Of a stretch of DNA of 64,000 nt, positions 24,801 to 38,308 are shown piece after piece. Numbering within the stretch: the first letter of the stretch is position 1; every line of letters starts with the position of its first letter. The stretch comes from Eledone cirrhosa. Its lineage: Eukaryota. The notes under the pieces are model-generated. The model was not told the origin of the DNA, did no database searches, and worked only from the letters and a program-made list of their open reading frames with translations. The position numbers and the translations under genes were made by a program. The DNA is taken from contig OZ024742.1 of the NCBI GenBank assembly GCA_964016885.1, positions 362,080,001 to 362,144,000 on the forward strand. Reading direction: 5' to 3'.

Positions 24801-25856
24801 GGAATTCCTTTGTTTTTTCATCTTCACTCCACATAAGTGAGTGGTGACTTTAGCCGATGCATAATAGAGATGATTTAAATCAGTAATGTTTAGTTTGTTT
24901 GTGATGATAATGTTTTTGAGAATTATGTTAGTCTTGTGTATTATCTTTTGGTTCTGTTTGGAGTTCTGGATCTTAGGGAGCGTGTCTCGTTACCCCATGT
25001 CAGATTCTTTCATTTTTATCCATTCGATCATAATTTCATCCTTCAAGTTGGCAAGTTCATTCTCATTCATTTCTTTATCATTTACGATCTCATTATTTTC
25101 ATTTGGAGTTTCATCCTGAGCATGCACTCCCTCCACTTTTTCGATCCTTTCTTTAATTTGTTCTGTTGCCAGTGATTCCGCCCCAACCATGGGATTCGAA
25201 GTGTTACAGTTTACCTCGTTTTCACTGACACATGTTTCATTTCCCCTTCGCTGACTTTGTGTTAATAGCTTGATCTGATCAATTTCTATATCAGTTAGTA
25301 ACTTTTTTCTTACAATATTTCTTCGTATATTGGCTAGTTTGTTACTGTCAATATAGCCTCTGTTTTCGGGATGTTTCTTTTTCCAGTTGATATATGTCTG
25401 TTCTGTATTCGATGTATTTGATGGGTAGTACATGGCAGTGTAGAAAGCCTCAAGGACTTCTTTATTATCTTCCCTTGACCATTTTTCTCTCTTTTTCTTT
25501 GGATTTCTTGGTGGTGAGCATGGAGGGCCAACAGTAGGAGTATTCCGGTTATGGGATGTCTCCAGCTCCGAAGTGATGGGAAGGTTTGAACCATTAGCTG
25601 ATTTTTCGACCCCAGTCTGGTTCCTCTCTGAGGGACGCGGCCCTTTTTTACCCGTGTGACGGCCGATCCGGTATGAGATTTTATCATTAGACATTTACTT
25701 TATTTTGTCGCGTTTTATCCTTATCCGCCAAGGGGTAATCATTTCGTGTTACCACTTCTAGAACGAGTGTCAACCAAGACTAGAGGTGTCGTTCTCCCCT
25801 AGAGACACGGCTATTCCCCGCCGGCCGCCATCCCGGTATTTCTTGGTCACGGGGTT
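21898..25856 (-). mobile_element. R4/Dong-like family A, copy A2 (full length, ORF 22041-25694 disrupted)
   Basis: Collinear and highly similar to A1 throughout. Several stops and frameshifts split the ORF into six pieces. Confidence 0.93.
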
Positions 25857-26468
25857 TTCTTTTTGTTGTTTTTTTTAAATTGTTATTATCATGAGTGGTT
25901 CCTTAATGTGAGCATCGCGTGGCTTAAGAATGAAATTATTAATAACTGTCTCCACTCCAGGCACAAGCCTAGCAATCACCCAGTGCATTACAATAATATA
26001 ATATACTTTTTGTTGTAGTTGGCTGTTATTGTTGTTGGCTATGTCGGTGGTGGTACCGGGGCTTTTTATATTGTTGGTGAGGAAGGGGTGAACCAGCAGT
26101 CCCATAGTTGTTGATGTTGACGTTTGGCCGGTGGCCAGGTCACTAAGTCAATGTATTTATATCTTTTGTTATACAAAATCAAACATATGTCATGTCTCAA
26201 AAAACAGCTCAAGATAGAATTCAGAGAATAAAATCGAGAAGTTTTGATGTATTTTAATGCACACTTATGTGTGTATGGTATATTTCATTCACTTTTATAT
26301 ATATGGATATATATATATATATAGTGTTCGGAAAAGATTGTTTTGGTAAAAACAGGAGTAAGCAGGAGAAAGCTCTCAACAATCGTAGTTTTTAGTTACG
26401 ATGGAGAATTTTATAAAAATAACAAAATATGGTTTTATAAATTATAGTTTCCATTTATTTAATATCAT

Positions 26469-26586
<118 letters not shown>

Positions 26587-26660
26587 CAGAACGAGTAAAA
26601 TTCAACCAATTTTTCAAAATAAATTAAAAAATATAATATAAATATTTACCTCTTCTAATG

Positions 26661-26741
26661 GCCCTTACTGATCAGTTTCGCTTTTTAAAACCCCAGAATC
26701 CGATGGATATCTGATGGAAAACCAAAGCTCATCAGAGAAGC
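26661..26741 (-). ncRNA. Type I hammerhead ribozyme motif
   Basis: CTGATGA-GCTTT...AAAGC-GAAA-CTGATCAG-TA on the minus strand, with palindromic helix III. Confidence 0.8.
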
Positions 26742-26829
26742 ATTTTCCTTTCCTAGCAGACCTGTATTAGCTGACAGGAGGTCATATATTTTATCGTTCC
26801 TGGGTTTTTTAGCCCTAGGAAAGGAAAAT

Positions 26830-26910
26830 GCTTCTCTGATGAGCTTTGGTTTTCCATCAGATATCCATCGGATTCTGGGGTTTTACAAAGCGAAACTGAT
26901 CAGTAAGGGC
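26830..26910 (+). ncRNA. Type I hammerhead ribozyme motif
   Basis: CTGATGA at 26836, GAAA at 26892, helix III ACTGATCAGT, GUA cleavage triplet. Confidence 0.8.
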
Positions 26911-27319
26911 CATTAGAAGTGGTAAATAATATTTATATTATATTTTTTAATTTATTTTGAAGAATTGGTTGAATTTTACTTGTTCTGCTTATCTTAATAT
27001 TAAAGTTCTGGTATATCAAATTAATACCATTGAACAACCTTGAATCATAGACAACCTATGTATTTCTAGGAGTACTTTGTATCCTTGGACATATTAACTT
27101 CATTCATAAATTCTCCGTTATGTAGAGAACAAATCTGTTGTTCTATTTAGCTGTTATTTTTTTTAGTAGTAATTATAGACAGCAAGTCTGTGGTTTCCCG
27201 CTTTTACTTCGGTCCGGTTTACATACGGGTCACTTTTACGACCTTTCAGACCTGTATTAGCTGGCAGGAGGTCATATATTTTATCGTTCCTGGGTTTTTT
27301 AGCCCTAGGAAAGGAAAAT

Positions 27320-27400
27320 GCTTCTCTGATGAGCTTTGGTTTTCCATAAGATATCCATCGGATTCTGGGGTTTTACAAAGCGAATCTGATCAGTAAGGGC
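27320..27400 (+). ncRNA. Hammerhead motif, core mutated (GAAA>GAAT)
   Basis: Tandem copy of the 26830 motif, 490 nt downstream. Confidence 0.7.
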
Positions 27401-27593
27401 CATTAGAAGAGGTAAATATTTATATTATATTTTTTAATTTATTTTGAAGAATTGGTTGAACTTTACTTGTTCTGCTTATCTTTAATATTAAAGTTCTGGT
27501 ATATCAAATTAATACCATTGAACAACCTTAAATCATAGACAACCTATGTATTTCTAGGGGTACTTTGTATCCTTGGACATATTAACTTCATTC

Positions 27594-27632
<39 letters not shown>

Positions 27633-27717
27633 CACGAAGGACATCTCGATTGCATGGAGAACCGTGGAAATAATTATAATGATTAAACGATATATGTATC
27701 CTCAGCATCTTATTTTG

Positions 27718-27785
<68 letters not shown>

Positions 27786-27854
27786 GTATATATATTATAT
27801 GTATATACAATGATATTAAATAAATGGAAACTATAATTTATAAAACCATATTTA

Positions 27855-27910
27855 TTCTATTATATATATTTCAAGGGTACCAACATTTTGGTACGCTATC
27901 ATCAAATAAA
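27855..27910 (-). ncRNA. Degenerate hammerhead motif
   Basis: TTGATGA..GTACC/GGTAC..GAAA-TATATAT-A. Resembles the 32.4-kb family. Confidence 0.55.
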
Positions 27911-28359
27911 ATACAAAATGTTTTATAAATATTTGACATAACCAAGGATAATATACCTTAACGGTTCAAGTTATCCCTGGATAATATCATTGTATATTAT
28001 ACTCCAGAAAATCAGTTGAGTGCTCTGAATCAGTTATAAGCATTTATATTTGTTGAATTACCAACAAATTGACTATCCCTTCTGCTTATATATGTATATA
28101 TATATGTGGTAAATATTGAAGCATATCTGGGGATCTTTCGATTCCAGAGTCAGGTTCGATCACTAATAGATCGTTTCTTGAGCTGATCAACAGTGAAACA
28201 TATGTGATGTGTTATTAAATATGTTATGGTGCAACATTGATTCTTCGTTACTTTATTCTTATACTATCAAAACTCTGCTCTGCGAGAGCATCCAGTGCTC
28301 ACACAGCATATCGCCTACGGACGCTATTATCTTGCTCCTCTACATCCCCTCTCTCTCAG

Positions 28360-28422
<63 letters not shown>

Positions 28423-28501
28423 GAGATGAGCGGAACAAGCAAACATTAAACAATCTTTTAAATAAATTAAAATACGATTTAAATATTCACCTGTCCAAAA
28501 T

Positions 28502-28580
28502 GCTATCACCGACGGTTTCGCATCACAAAAGATTGGAAATTCAGAGAATTTCCAACGGAAAGATCAGCTCTTCAGATAGC
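28502..28580 (-). ncRNA. Hammerhead motif with extended helix II (GUG triplet, probably inactive)
   Basis: GCTAT-CTGAAGA-GC...GC-GAAA-CCGTCGGT-G-ATAGC. Helix I is GCTAT/ATAGC. Confidence 0.7.
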
Positions 28581-29824
28581 TATTTCCATTCTATAGGACG
28601 TAAAGTCTCACAGTTTGTAAATATATCGCTTACTGCCCGAAGTATGAGGTCAGGCCGTTAAAGTGACCCACACATAAACAGGCCGTTAGTAAAAGCGGGA
28701 ATATTATAGATTGTTGTTTGCCACGCCACTAAAAATAGCAGCAAGGTACAACGTGTTTTTCTCTACACACATGGGAGAATATAGATAAAATGAGATTAAT
28801 ATCCCCACGGGTACTAAGTACCTACGGAACTCCTTACTTATTAAAAAAAATCTTTTGAAATTTAGATTTCTATATACCTTGGTTTTTGTTTCTCAACTAT
28901 AAGACGTATTAGATACTTCTCCTAGTCTGTTATGGCTTACTAGCTTTATAAGGACGTATGAATTGATTAAATAAATAAAAGAGTTCCATTTTCAGTTTGT
29001 CGCACAATTGTATGCTCATCGTCTAAATCAATGATAAGATCCGAACACTCAAATACTTGGTAGAGCAATATAATATATTACTTCCAGCAAGTCTTTATAT
29101 TTCTGAACAAAAAAAAATATGTTTTCCAAAACATGAAAATTAAATAAAAACAATGAAAAAATTTCCCCAAAATACCCAACAAATCGTGAAAAAATAGGAA
29201 GAAATGAAAAAAAAAATTATACATAAATTTTTCAACTGAAAATTTCGTTAAAAAGTATTCTGTCAAATATTTAATATTTAACGGTATCTGCCTGTCAAAC
29301 ACTGAAATTGTTGAAAATAAAAAAATCTGAAAGCTGACATGAATGAAGAAAAAAAAAACACCTCCAGAAAAACAAACATCGCCTGAATTGAAATAAAAAT
29401 ATATCGGACGGACCAAAACCACAACTTGTAAAACACAAATAATTATAACTTAAACTCAGTTTAAAACAAGAAGTGATCAGATATTTTAATCCATGGTAAA
29501 TAGAGCTCAGTAAATATATTAGACACAGTAATATGATGTTCACAATAACCAATAGAACATATAAAACAGAACTTAATTGAATAATGTAGCAATGTGTTAT
29601 ACATAATAGGATGCAAACCCTTGACTAATATAAGATCTTGTTCTGTTCCAGAAGGATTGTATGACTTAAAACTGTCATACTAAACTACAAGGTTTAAACA
29701 TCACAAATTATTAGTAAAAGGAAAAAGGAAGCTGATAGATCAGTCCAATAAAATAAGTTTTGAAGTCATCGATATTTTCATCATTTTGAGGGCGATAAAT
29801 AAAGTACCCGTCAAGTAAGGAGAT

Positions 29825-30110
29825 TCCTTGTCAATTCTGCGAATTGAGAGATCACAGCTCCGATAATATGGGCATGTGGTTAGAATGATTTTAGGAAAGA
29901 ATCGCTTGACAGATTTTACGGGCAAAACCAGCCGGCTGGAGACCCAGGGGTACATTCCGATCAAGATGGTTGGATAACAGCCATGAGCTTGGCTGGTCTC
30001 GCCTGGGGATCCAGCCGGATCATTTGGAGATGGTTCCTTCTAACAGGACCTGTTGGAAGGAGTGTTTGAGGATTTTGTCCCCACGACCCTCCCTGGAATA
30101 TGTGGGCGAA
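29825..30110 (+). mobile_element. RTE-clade LINE 3' fragment
   Basis: Translates RIERSQLR*YGHVVRM..RPRG..RW.D, a typical RTE C-terminus. Related copy at 41815-41990 (-). Confidence 0.65.
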
Positions 30111-30652
30111 GAAGACATTTACTTAAATATATGATATTTAGTTATATGTTTACACACACACACACACACATATGTGTGTGTGTAAACATATACGTAAACA
30201 GCATATATCTAAGTAAATGCGTGTGTGCATCCCTGTACATGTGTGTCTGTGTGTGTGCGTTAATATATATAGTTTAGTCTATATGAGTCATGTAATTCCA
30301 TATGTAACATTATTTTATTTATGTGTGTGAGCTAGAAAGCCACACACACTCATACAACATTTGTCTCTTATGTATAACATGTGGCACTTTCTACAGATAA
30401 ACATAAATATTAGTGACGCTACATTGTGAGAATTACCTGTAAAACAACATAAAAAGCAAAGAAATCAATAAAAAGTCACGAGAAAAATTATACGAAAGTA
30501 AAAGAAATATAAAAAAGTCAGGAATCCCAATTGGTGCCAATGGAGGTTTTGTCTTTCATTTCTAAACTAGAATTTATTATTTTATTTCTTATTATTCTCT
30601 AATATATTATACTATAATGTACACACACCTCACACACCACACACACACACTT

Positions 30653-30691
<39 letters not shown>

Positions 30692-30740
30692 ATTCATTGA
30701 GTAATCAATGAACCATATTAATCTTTGGTTTTATATATAT

Positions 30741-32060
30741 ATCATCATCATCATCATCATCATCAGCGTTTAACGTCCGTGTTCCACGCTTGCATGGGTT
30801 TGGACGGGGGTAGTCCCACTTGAGGCAAGAGTGATTGTCTTGCTCGCATAGGACTGTCTGGCAGGTTTTCTACAGTTGGATGCCCTTCCTAACACCAACC
30901 ACATTTACAGTGTGGGTCTGGGAGGTTTTTACCGTGTTGCCTACACGGCCACATTACAGCGTGGACTGTGTGTTTTTTTGTCGTGACACCTACACGATCT
31001 CATTTGTTTCGGCCTCGATGGCGCGGCACCAACATAACTTTACATAGAACGGGGTGGTGTGGATCGGGTGGGGGTGGTGGGACGGGGTGTATTTGTTAGA
31101 GATGCCTACTGGCTGGAGTAGGTTTTACTATATATTTAGGTAAGGCGGGTCTTCTCTGTTACTGAGTACCGCCAAAGGTCTCGGTCCAGTGACATTGTCT
31201 TGGAGAGGTGTAAGTGTGTGATGTCGGAGTTTATCAGCTCGTCCCAGGTTTTTCTAGGTCTGCCTATTCCGTGACTACCGTCTATCTTTATTGCCCTGCA
31301 CTTTGTTATACAGCTATCGACTTTCATGCGCATCACGTGTCCATACCAACGTAGCCTTCTCTCGAGTAAACAACATCTGATCCCTCTTATCTCTAATTTA
31401 TTCCTTAGTTCGTTTATGCTTTGCCGTTCACGTATATTACTGTTACACATCCAGCGGAGCATGCAAGCTTCGTTCCTCTCTAGTCTGCGTATATCCTCTG
31501 CACACAATGCCCAGGTCTCACTGCCATGCAGCATTGCTGTTCGTATGCAGGCATCGTACAACCTGCCTTTCATTTTTAGTGAGAACCCTTTAGCAGCTAA
31601 TAGTGGTATAAGCTCTCTGAACTTTTTCCAACCAGTTCTGACTCTAGCTACAGTACTTTCAGAGCACCCTCCCCCACTGCTGATTTTATCGCCCAGGTAA
31701 CGGAAGCTGTCCACTATTTCTATAGAACCCTCTGCGCAATTGAAAGAGCTAGTAGTTTGTGGGCACTTGCTGCTACTTATTGCACCAGAGCACCGGCCAC
31801 ATGTAAAATCTATGTTCTTAGTTAGCCTACCTGTGATCCCACTACATCTTTTATGCACCCATACTTTGCATTTAGGACATAAAATGGAGTTTCTACCTAC
31901 GCCTTTCCTACACACCGAGCACGACCATTTCCCAGAAGGGACCGCCGCCTTGTTTTCTTTCCTACAAACTAGTACTTTGGTCTTAGCCAGGTTAATTTTA
32001 AGTCCTTTTGACTCTAGGCCGTGCTTCCATGTTTGGAATTTCTTCTCTAGTGGAATTTCT

Positions 32061-32064
<4 letters not shown>
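30741..32064 (-). mobile_element. RTE-clade LINE, 5'-truncated, with PHD-type finger inside RT and a (GAT)n tail
   Basis: ORF 31136-32155: GLKINLAKTK, C4HC3 finger, FRYLG, HGSETW, RRLRWYGHV, GRPRKTW. (ATC)n at 30741-30765. Confidence 0.9.
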
Positions 32065-32103
<39 letters not shown>

Positions 32104-32205
32104 CGAAGAAAATGTGGTAAGGAACCAGTGGACCATAACGCACTAAAGTACTCAATACTTAGTGTAGTAGAGTGGGTAATATATATATAAAATATCATAT
32201 TAGAC

Positions 32206-32275
<70 letters not shown>

Positions 32276-32280
<5 letters not shown>

Positions 32281-32604
32281 CAAAGATTAATATGCTTCAT
32301 AGATTACTCAATGAATATAGTTTTACAATAGATTAAAAGCACTCTAAAGTAAAGTTTTCTGGAGTTATTATTAATCAGAATAATAATAAATGAAGATATT
32401 CACATAATCAAAATATATGTTTTATTATATATATTTCGAAGGTACTGTGCTGTTTTATCAGTACGTCCTCGTCAGATAAAATACATGAATTGATGTTTTT
32501 TATCTGACGAGGAAGTACTGAAAAAATAGCACAGTACCTTCGAAATATATATAATAAAACATATATTTTGATTATGTGAATGTCTTCATTTATTATTATT
32601 CTGA
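32276..32604. mobile_element. Fold-back HHR cassette (arms ~32375-32485 / 32492-32604)
   Basis: Arms are reverse complements. Each carries CTGACGA-helix II-GAAA-TATATAT-A (minus 32420-32481, plus 32496-32560). Confidence 0.8.
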
Positions 32605-32611
32605 ATAATTA

Positions 32612-32820
32612 TATAGATGTGAGAAAAACCACAGACCCTCCATCTCAACTCTACATTTGAAAAGCAGAAGAACTGCGAAACCGGTAAAGGAACCAAATAA
32701 ATATATATATTTAAAAAAAAATAAGACTCCAGTTGCATTTTCGATTTCATGCTTTTTTTCTTTATACTTTCACTCGTGTAGGACACCTCGGTTATTTTTC
32801 ATTTTGTAAAAAAACCTCAC

Positions 32821-32826
<6 letters not shown>
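32612..32826 (+). mobile_element. Solo PLE terminal repeat with variant HHR (TTGAAAA..GAAACCGGTA, 32651-32690)
   Basis: Homologous to the reverse complement of 47325-47520, the 3' end of a PLE. Confidence 0.7.
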
Positions 32827-32904
<78 letters not shown>

Positions 32905-33069
32905 TTATTTTTATATATATATATGGTGTGTGTGGTGTGTATGTATATATTATATGCATGGCCTCAGCCGGATGGCTGAAACAGGTAAAAGAGTAAAAGA
33001 GTATATATATGTCTAATATGATATTATATATATATATATTTATTTATTTATATATATATATATGGTGTG

Positions 33070-33124
<55 letters not shown>

Positions 33125-33518
33125 CGTGTATATATATATTATATATATATTTATAATATGATATAACAGAAATATCCGTCGAAACGACTTAAGCTCTGCC
33201 GTCGGGGTTAAACTTTTTCCTATATATATATATATATATATATACTGTATGTATAACATTACTTGCAGCAAACTAGATATTTTACTAATGAATTTTTCTT
33301 AAGCACAGAAAGAACAAACATATCGGAATACTTGTTTAGTACATTGGAGAAGATTGGAAGTGTTTACAGAAACAATTATATACGATATTGGAGAGCTCCT
33401 CGACAATACTGACACTCACTGATACAGAATATATCTTGTAATAAAATAAAGGGGCGGAACTGTGGCGAAGATTGTCACGCTGGGAATACGAGATTGTGAA
33501 AGTGTGTGTGAGATAAAG

Positions 33519-33705
33519 TAATTGTTTCTACTTAAGGCACAAGGCCAGCATAACCCAGTGCATTACTGGTACTTTATTTTATCGACCTCGTAAGAATGAA
33601 AGGCAAAGTTAAGCTCGGCGGGATTTGAATTCAGAATGGCAAGGGCCGTAACTCTATGCGTCAAAGCATGGCGTCCGACTCTCTACCGATACTACCAATC
33701 CACCA
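33519..33705 (-). mobile_element. SINE family S1, full length
   Basis: A-box-like TGGTAGTATCGG, B-box GAATTCAAATCC, shared core and tail. Confidence 0.85.
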
Positions 33706-33736
33706 AAGTAATATTAGAGATACGGCACTATTAGCT

Positions 33737-33920
33737 GTGGAGGTGGCCGTGGCCGTGGCGGTGGCGTTGGCGGTAGCGGTGACGGAGGCCGTGTCTGTGG
33801 CGGTGGCGGCGGCCGTGGTGGTGGCGGTGGCCGTGGCGGAGGCCATGGCCGTGGCCGTGGCGGTGGCGGAGGCCGTGGCCGTGGCGGTGGCGGTGGCCGT
33901 CACGGTGGCGGTAGCGGCAG
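33737..33920. repeat. GC-rich (GTGGCS)n hexamer repeat
   Basis: Direct reading. Explains the poly-VA/AT/HG ORFs. Confidence 0.9.
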
Positions 33921-34574
33921 CAAACATGGATATTTTTACATTTCAGTCTCACATGTGTGTGTGCGTGCGTGTGTCTCAGCGTTCTTAGACAAGTGTGTGT
34001 GTGTGTTTATCACCGTACTTAAGTTAGAGACTACTGTAAATTTATTTTTTTATTTTATTTTATTTATGCTTTTTAAAATAGCCTTCACATTTTGTTTGAA
34101 TTTCAGAGGTTCTGATTGTGCAAAAAAAAAAAAAAAATTTAAATTTATTTTTTATTAACTTTATCCTGCCTCCTTCTACTAGAACTTAACGTAATCTTTA
34201 CTCTATATTTCTTTAAACTTTTCATAAAAGCCTCCTTCTGTAAATTCTTTAACTAAATCTCACAACCCTAAACCAAAACCTTATCTTTCTAATTTCGGCT
34301 TCTAACTCTAAACATGAATTTAACGTTTCTAATTGTTAATCGAAATTTCCCATCCATACATTTTACCATACAGACGCCCACTATATATGTCTTTCTTGAA
34401 GATATATATATATATAAGTTTTAGTAAAAAATTTAAAATCAAGGAATATATGTATAAGAAAGTAGATATATGAAATTATTATGTTAAATAATAAAAAATA
34501 TTAACAAAGTTATTTTTATAAATACCCATCGTTGATTAAGTCTATGGAAAATCATTGGTCAGTCTGATGTCGAT

Positions 34575-34638
34575 CGGATAGGTCGCACCCTAAAAATTTA
34601 TACATATTTATCGTTAAAAAAGTGCGACCTATACGCGA
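34575..34638. mobile_element. Possible pogo/Tigger-type DNA transposon/MITE end interrupted by the CR1 insertion
   Basis: Inverted pair ATAGGTCGCAC / GTGCGACCTAT. 'tatacgg' resumes right after the CR1 tail (~35905). Family assignment is from recalled similarity only. Confidence 0.35.
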
Positions 34639-34639
34639 T

Positions 34640-35904
34640 CTCTCCATCTCAACACGGTTTCATCCCGAAAGGTTCCTGTCTTACAAACCTACTTGTGATG
34701 GAAGAATAGGTGACGAGGATAATAGACGATGGAGATGCGGCCGATATTATCTTTCTCGACTTCGCAAAAGCCTTTGACTCTGTCAACCACCGCCTGCTCC
34801 TGCATAAGCTCAGCAACTATGGTCTCCATGATTCGATTATAAAGCGGATTGGATCATTTCTTGAGGGTCGTACTTGCAGAGTTCGGATCAATAGCAGTCT
34901 GTCATCGGGGTGGGTGTAGGCAGCGGCGTTCCCCAGGGCTCTGTGTTGGGCCCAATTCTCTTCCTTCTATACATCAACGACATGCCGGACGTGATTGGTG
35001 GAAACGTGCTTCTATTTGCAGATGCTGTGAAAATGGTAGCCCGTAGGAGCGAGATCGACAATCTGAAGTCCAGCCTCCAGCGCGCCTGGAGTTGGTCTAT
35101 TGACTGAGATTTATACCTCAATGTCGATAAGTGTTGCCATATGGCAGTGGGTACACCTTATAACTCAGCTCATACCTTCAACGGTGGCACTGCTCCTTTG
35201 AAGGAGGTTGAGGAGACTAAAGATCTTGGTCTGCTGGTCGACTTGTCCTTCAAACCATCAAAACATGGCATTCAAGCCGCAAACAAGGCAAGGAGCTCTC
35301 TTTTTCTTATTCGACGCTCCTTTGCCAAACTTACTCCAGAAATTTTCAGGCCTCTCTATGTCGCCCTCGTGAGACCGCACCTAGAATATGGCATCCAAGC
35401 ATCAAACTCATATCTCATCCGGGATATCTATCACTTGGTGAGAGTTCAACGACTAGCGACTCGAATGGTACAGGGGCTTCATGAGCTGCCCTACGAAAGC
35501 CGGTTGCAGAAGCTGAACTTCTCCTTGGAGCGTCGACGGCTAAGAAGCAATCTCATTTCGGCTTACAATCTCTTCAATGGCCATTACGATCTCCCTCAAG
35601 ATCTCCTGTTCACTCCAGCGCTTGAAAGGGGTCTACGTGGACATGACAAAAAGCTGTTTCACCGCCGCTTTCGCCTGAATAGACGGAAAGCTGCTTTCTC
35701 GATCCGCATCTCTGGACCCTGGAATCGGCTTCCAGAAGAAGTGGTCAACACGTCAACCACGCAACAATTCAAGGCGAAATTGGACCGGTGTTGGACCACT
35801 GTGTTTCGGACTGTGTAAATGTTGCCCCCCTCTCCTCCTTACATGGCATCTGAAGCATCTATGTTTTAATTTATGCCAAATATATTGAATTGAATTGAAT
35901 TGAA
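34640..35904 (+). mobile_element. CR1-clade LINE, 5'-truncated, decayed
   Basis: QHGF..SCLTNLL, FLDFAKAFDSV, GVPQGSVLGP, RPHLEYG, LERRRLR, RGH.KL. (TTGAA)n tail at 35886-35904. Confidence 0.88.
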
Positions 35905-36194
35905 TATACGGAATGTTCTTTGAAAAATCATTTTTCGCGGCACTTTCTAGCACGCTTAACCAGCTTGATTGTGGCATAACCTCAACGCTGGCCTCTTTCT
36001 TTTCTTTTCTTTGACAGGGAGGTAGTAGTACACTGTAAGCCTGCACCCCTTCACCGGATGGTCATAAGTAGGCTTAATAATCAACACCTGCCGCGGCGGA
36101 CCGAGGTAGAAGCTTCTAAGTGTTCGGACGCCCTCATGTCTCTGATTTTCGGCCCCATCGATTTCGTCTACTATATTCCTTTGTTATATTCTGA

Positions 36195-36252
36195 ATACCT
36201 GATGATGTCACCGGATTCATACTGAACCCGGTCATTGAAATGATCATAGTAT
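36195..36252 (+). ncRNA. Type I hammerhead ribozyme motif in a pLTR-like cassette (extends to ~36445)
   Basis: ATAC-CTGATGA-(helix II)-GAAA-TGATCAT-A-GTAT, followed by AATAAA. Downstream tail homologous to 49443-49683. Confidence 0.8.
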
Positions 36253-36456
36253 AATAAACCTTTCAAGGAATTTACACCAGTCCAGCCTCCTGTTGTTCTA
36301 TAATAATTAACTCCGTACTCGCACTACCAACTACACAAACGAAGACGGGTGAGTTGCATTACGTTGAGTGCTCTCCATAATATTACATCGAGGTTGACCA
36401 TACGGAATGACCAGGTCTATCCAGTGGTGAACCAACAAACCTAAATATATATATAT

Positions 36457-36508
<52 letters not shown>

Positions 36509-36515
<7 letters not shown>

Positions 36516-36846
36516 ATACTTGGGGAGGGTCGTAATATTGCCAGAATTAATAACAGAACACACTCACTGTTTGGTTGGTTTTCGCTTCTTGCTTCTGTGT
36601 CTTTTATATTGCAGATGTGCAACGAAAGATTTATGATAAACTATATATATGTGTTTGTGTCTATATTGTATCTGTATTATTTTTGACCGTCGGTCAGTCA
36701 ATGGCAACATTGAGGACCGAGTAAGTTAGATTACCGATATAAAAGACACAGAAGCGAGAAGCGAAACCCAACCAAACAGTCGGTGTGTTCTGTTATTAAT
36801 TCTGGCAATATTACACAAATATGACCCTCCCCAAGTATAACAATAT
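36509..36846. repeat. Inverted repeat cassette between TA runs (arms 36509-36609 / 36737-36846)
   Basis: Arms are reverse-complementary with a few mismatches and one indel. Confidence 0.85.
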
Positions 36847-36899
36847 TTGTTTCGACACACGATTTCATATAAAAACCTCGCAAAACTAATTCATCGCCG

Positions 36900-37010
<111 letters not shown>

Positions 37011-37649
37011 ACGAGAGAGATATATACAAATTCTATAATGTATCGAATTTCGTCACAAAGAAAAAAGTCCTTCTTTTCGAAACACAAATGGAATGAGTTC
37101 TGCTATGTTTTACGTTTTATAAAAAATCAATGAAGGACGCTGCTCAAGAAAAAGATGCAGGCCTGTTAAATGATATAAAATTCGTTCTTTTCTTTACTGG
37201 ATTCAGCCATCAGACTGCACCCACGTAGTGACTGACAACAATTTCCAGGAGTGTTTGTCGGTCATATCGATCCCCAGTACTTATACTTTCAATCTGGTAC
37301 TTATTTTATTGATCTTGTTTTGTTTCAGGAAAAGAGATTTTTATCTAAAGTAGATTGAAGACGGTAATGGCGGGCCGTAAAGACAGGAAAAATATCTAAA
37401 TCCAAACCGAAAGATGTGGACATCTAGAAATGTATTAAAGGGCAAGAATAACATCTACATACTCCTCGAGAAACGTGGTATATCTGAAGTGGAAACACTT
37501 ATGGAATCAACACAGATTGACAACAGCGTTAGCCATAAAGATTTATTGAAACAAAAATGATGAGACAAATAACAAAGAAACCAACTAACATAATACATAA
37601 ACACAACATGGAGTATGATAAAAGAGGGGAAAACAGACAAGACTGAGGA

Positions 37650-37880
37650 ATATACAACATATGTACAACATATATACAGCATATATACAACATATTTACA
37701 ACATATATACAACATATATACAACATATATACAACATATATACAGCATATACACAGCATATATACAACATATATACAACAACAACATATATACAACATAT
37801 ATACACATATATACAACATATATACAACATATATATAACGTATATACAACATATACACAACATATATACAACATATATAC
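37650..37880. repeat. ~11-bp minisatellite (CATATATACAA)n
   Basis: Direct reading. Confidence 0.85.
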
Positions 37881-38209
37881 ACCAAATAAACAAATTATAT
37901 ACAACAAATAAACAAAGCAAATTATAAAGAAACAAAGTTGTTGTCGGTAAGGAATACACGGCTAACTAAATTACAGCACACACACAGACACATACACACA
38001 GAGGGCCATATATATGTGTGTGTATACACACACACACACACACACACACACAAGAAAGGAATAATCAGATTAGCCAATGTCGTAATTCAACAAATCTTAT
38101 TATTGGCAGTGATTTACGTATATAACAAATATATATATATATACATACTTATACATATATACATGCATGCTTTATACATACATACGTATATACAAACATA
38201 GATAGAGAC

Positions 38210-38247
<38 letters not shown>

Positions 38248-38308
38248 GCACACAAACACACACCCTCATATATATATATATATATATATAAGTATAAACA
38301 TATAGTAT

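Noticed and set aside
1856-25175. Plus-strand ORFs overlapping the A and B elements, repeated between copies
   Set aside because: Antisense shadows of the retrotransposon ORFs. Their recurrence only reflects copy similarity.
28110-28210. GAAA-CATATGT half-motif (similar half-motifs at ~27667 and ~37030)
   Set aside because: No intact CUGANGA box. Possibly decayed HHRs, but not supportable.
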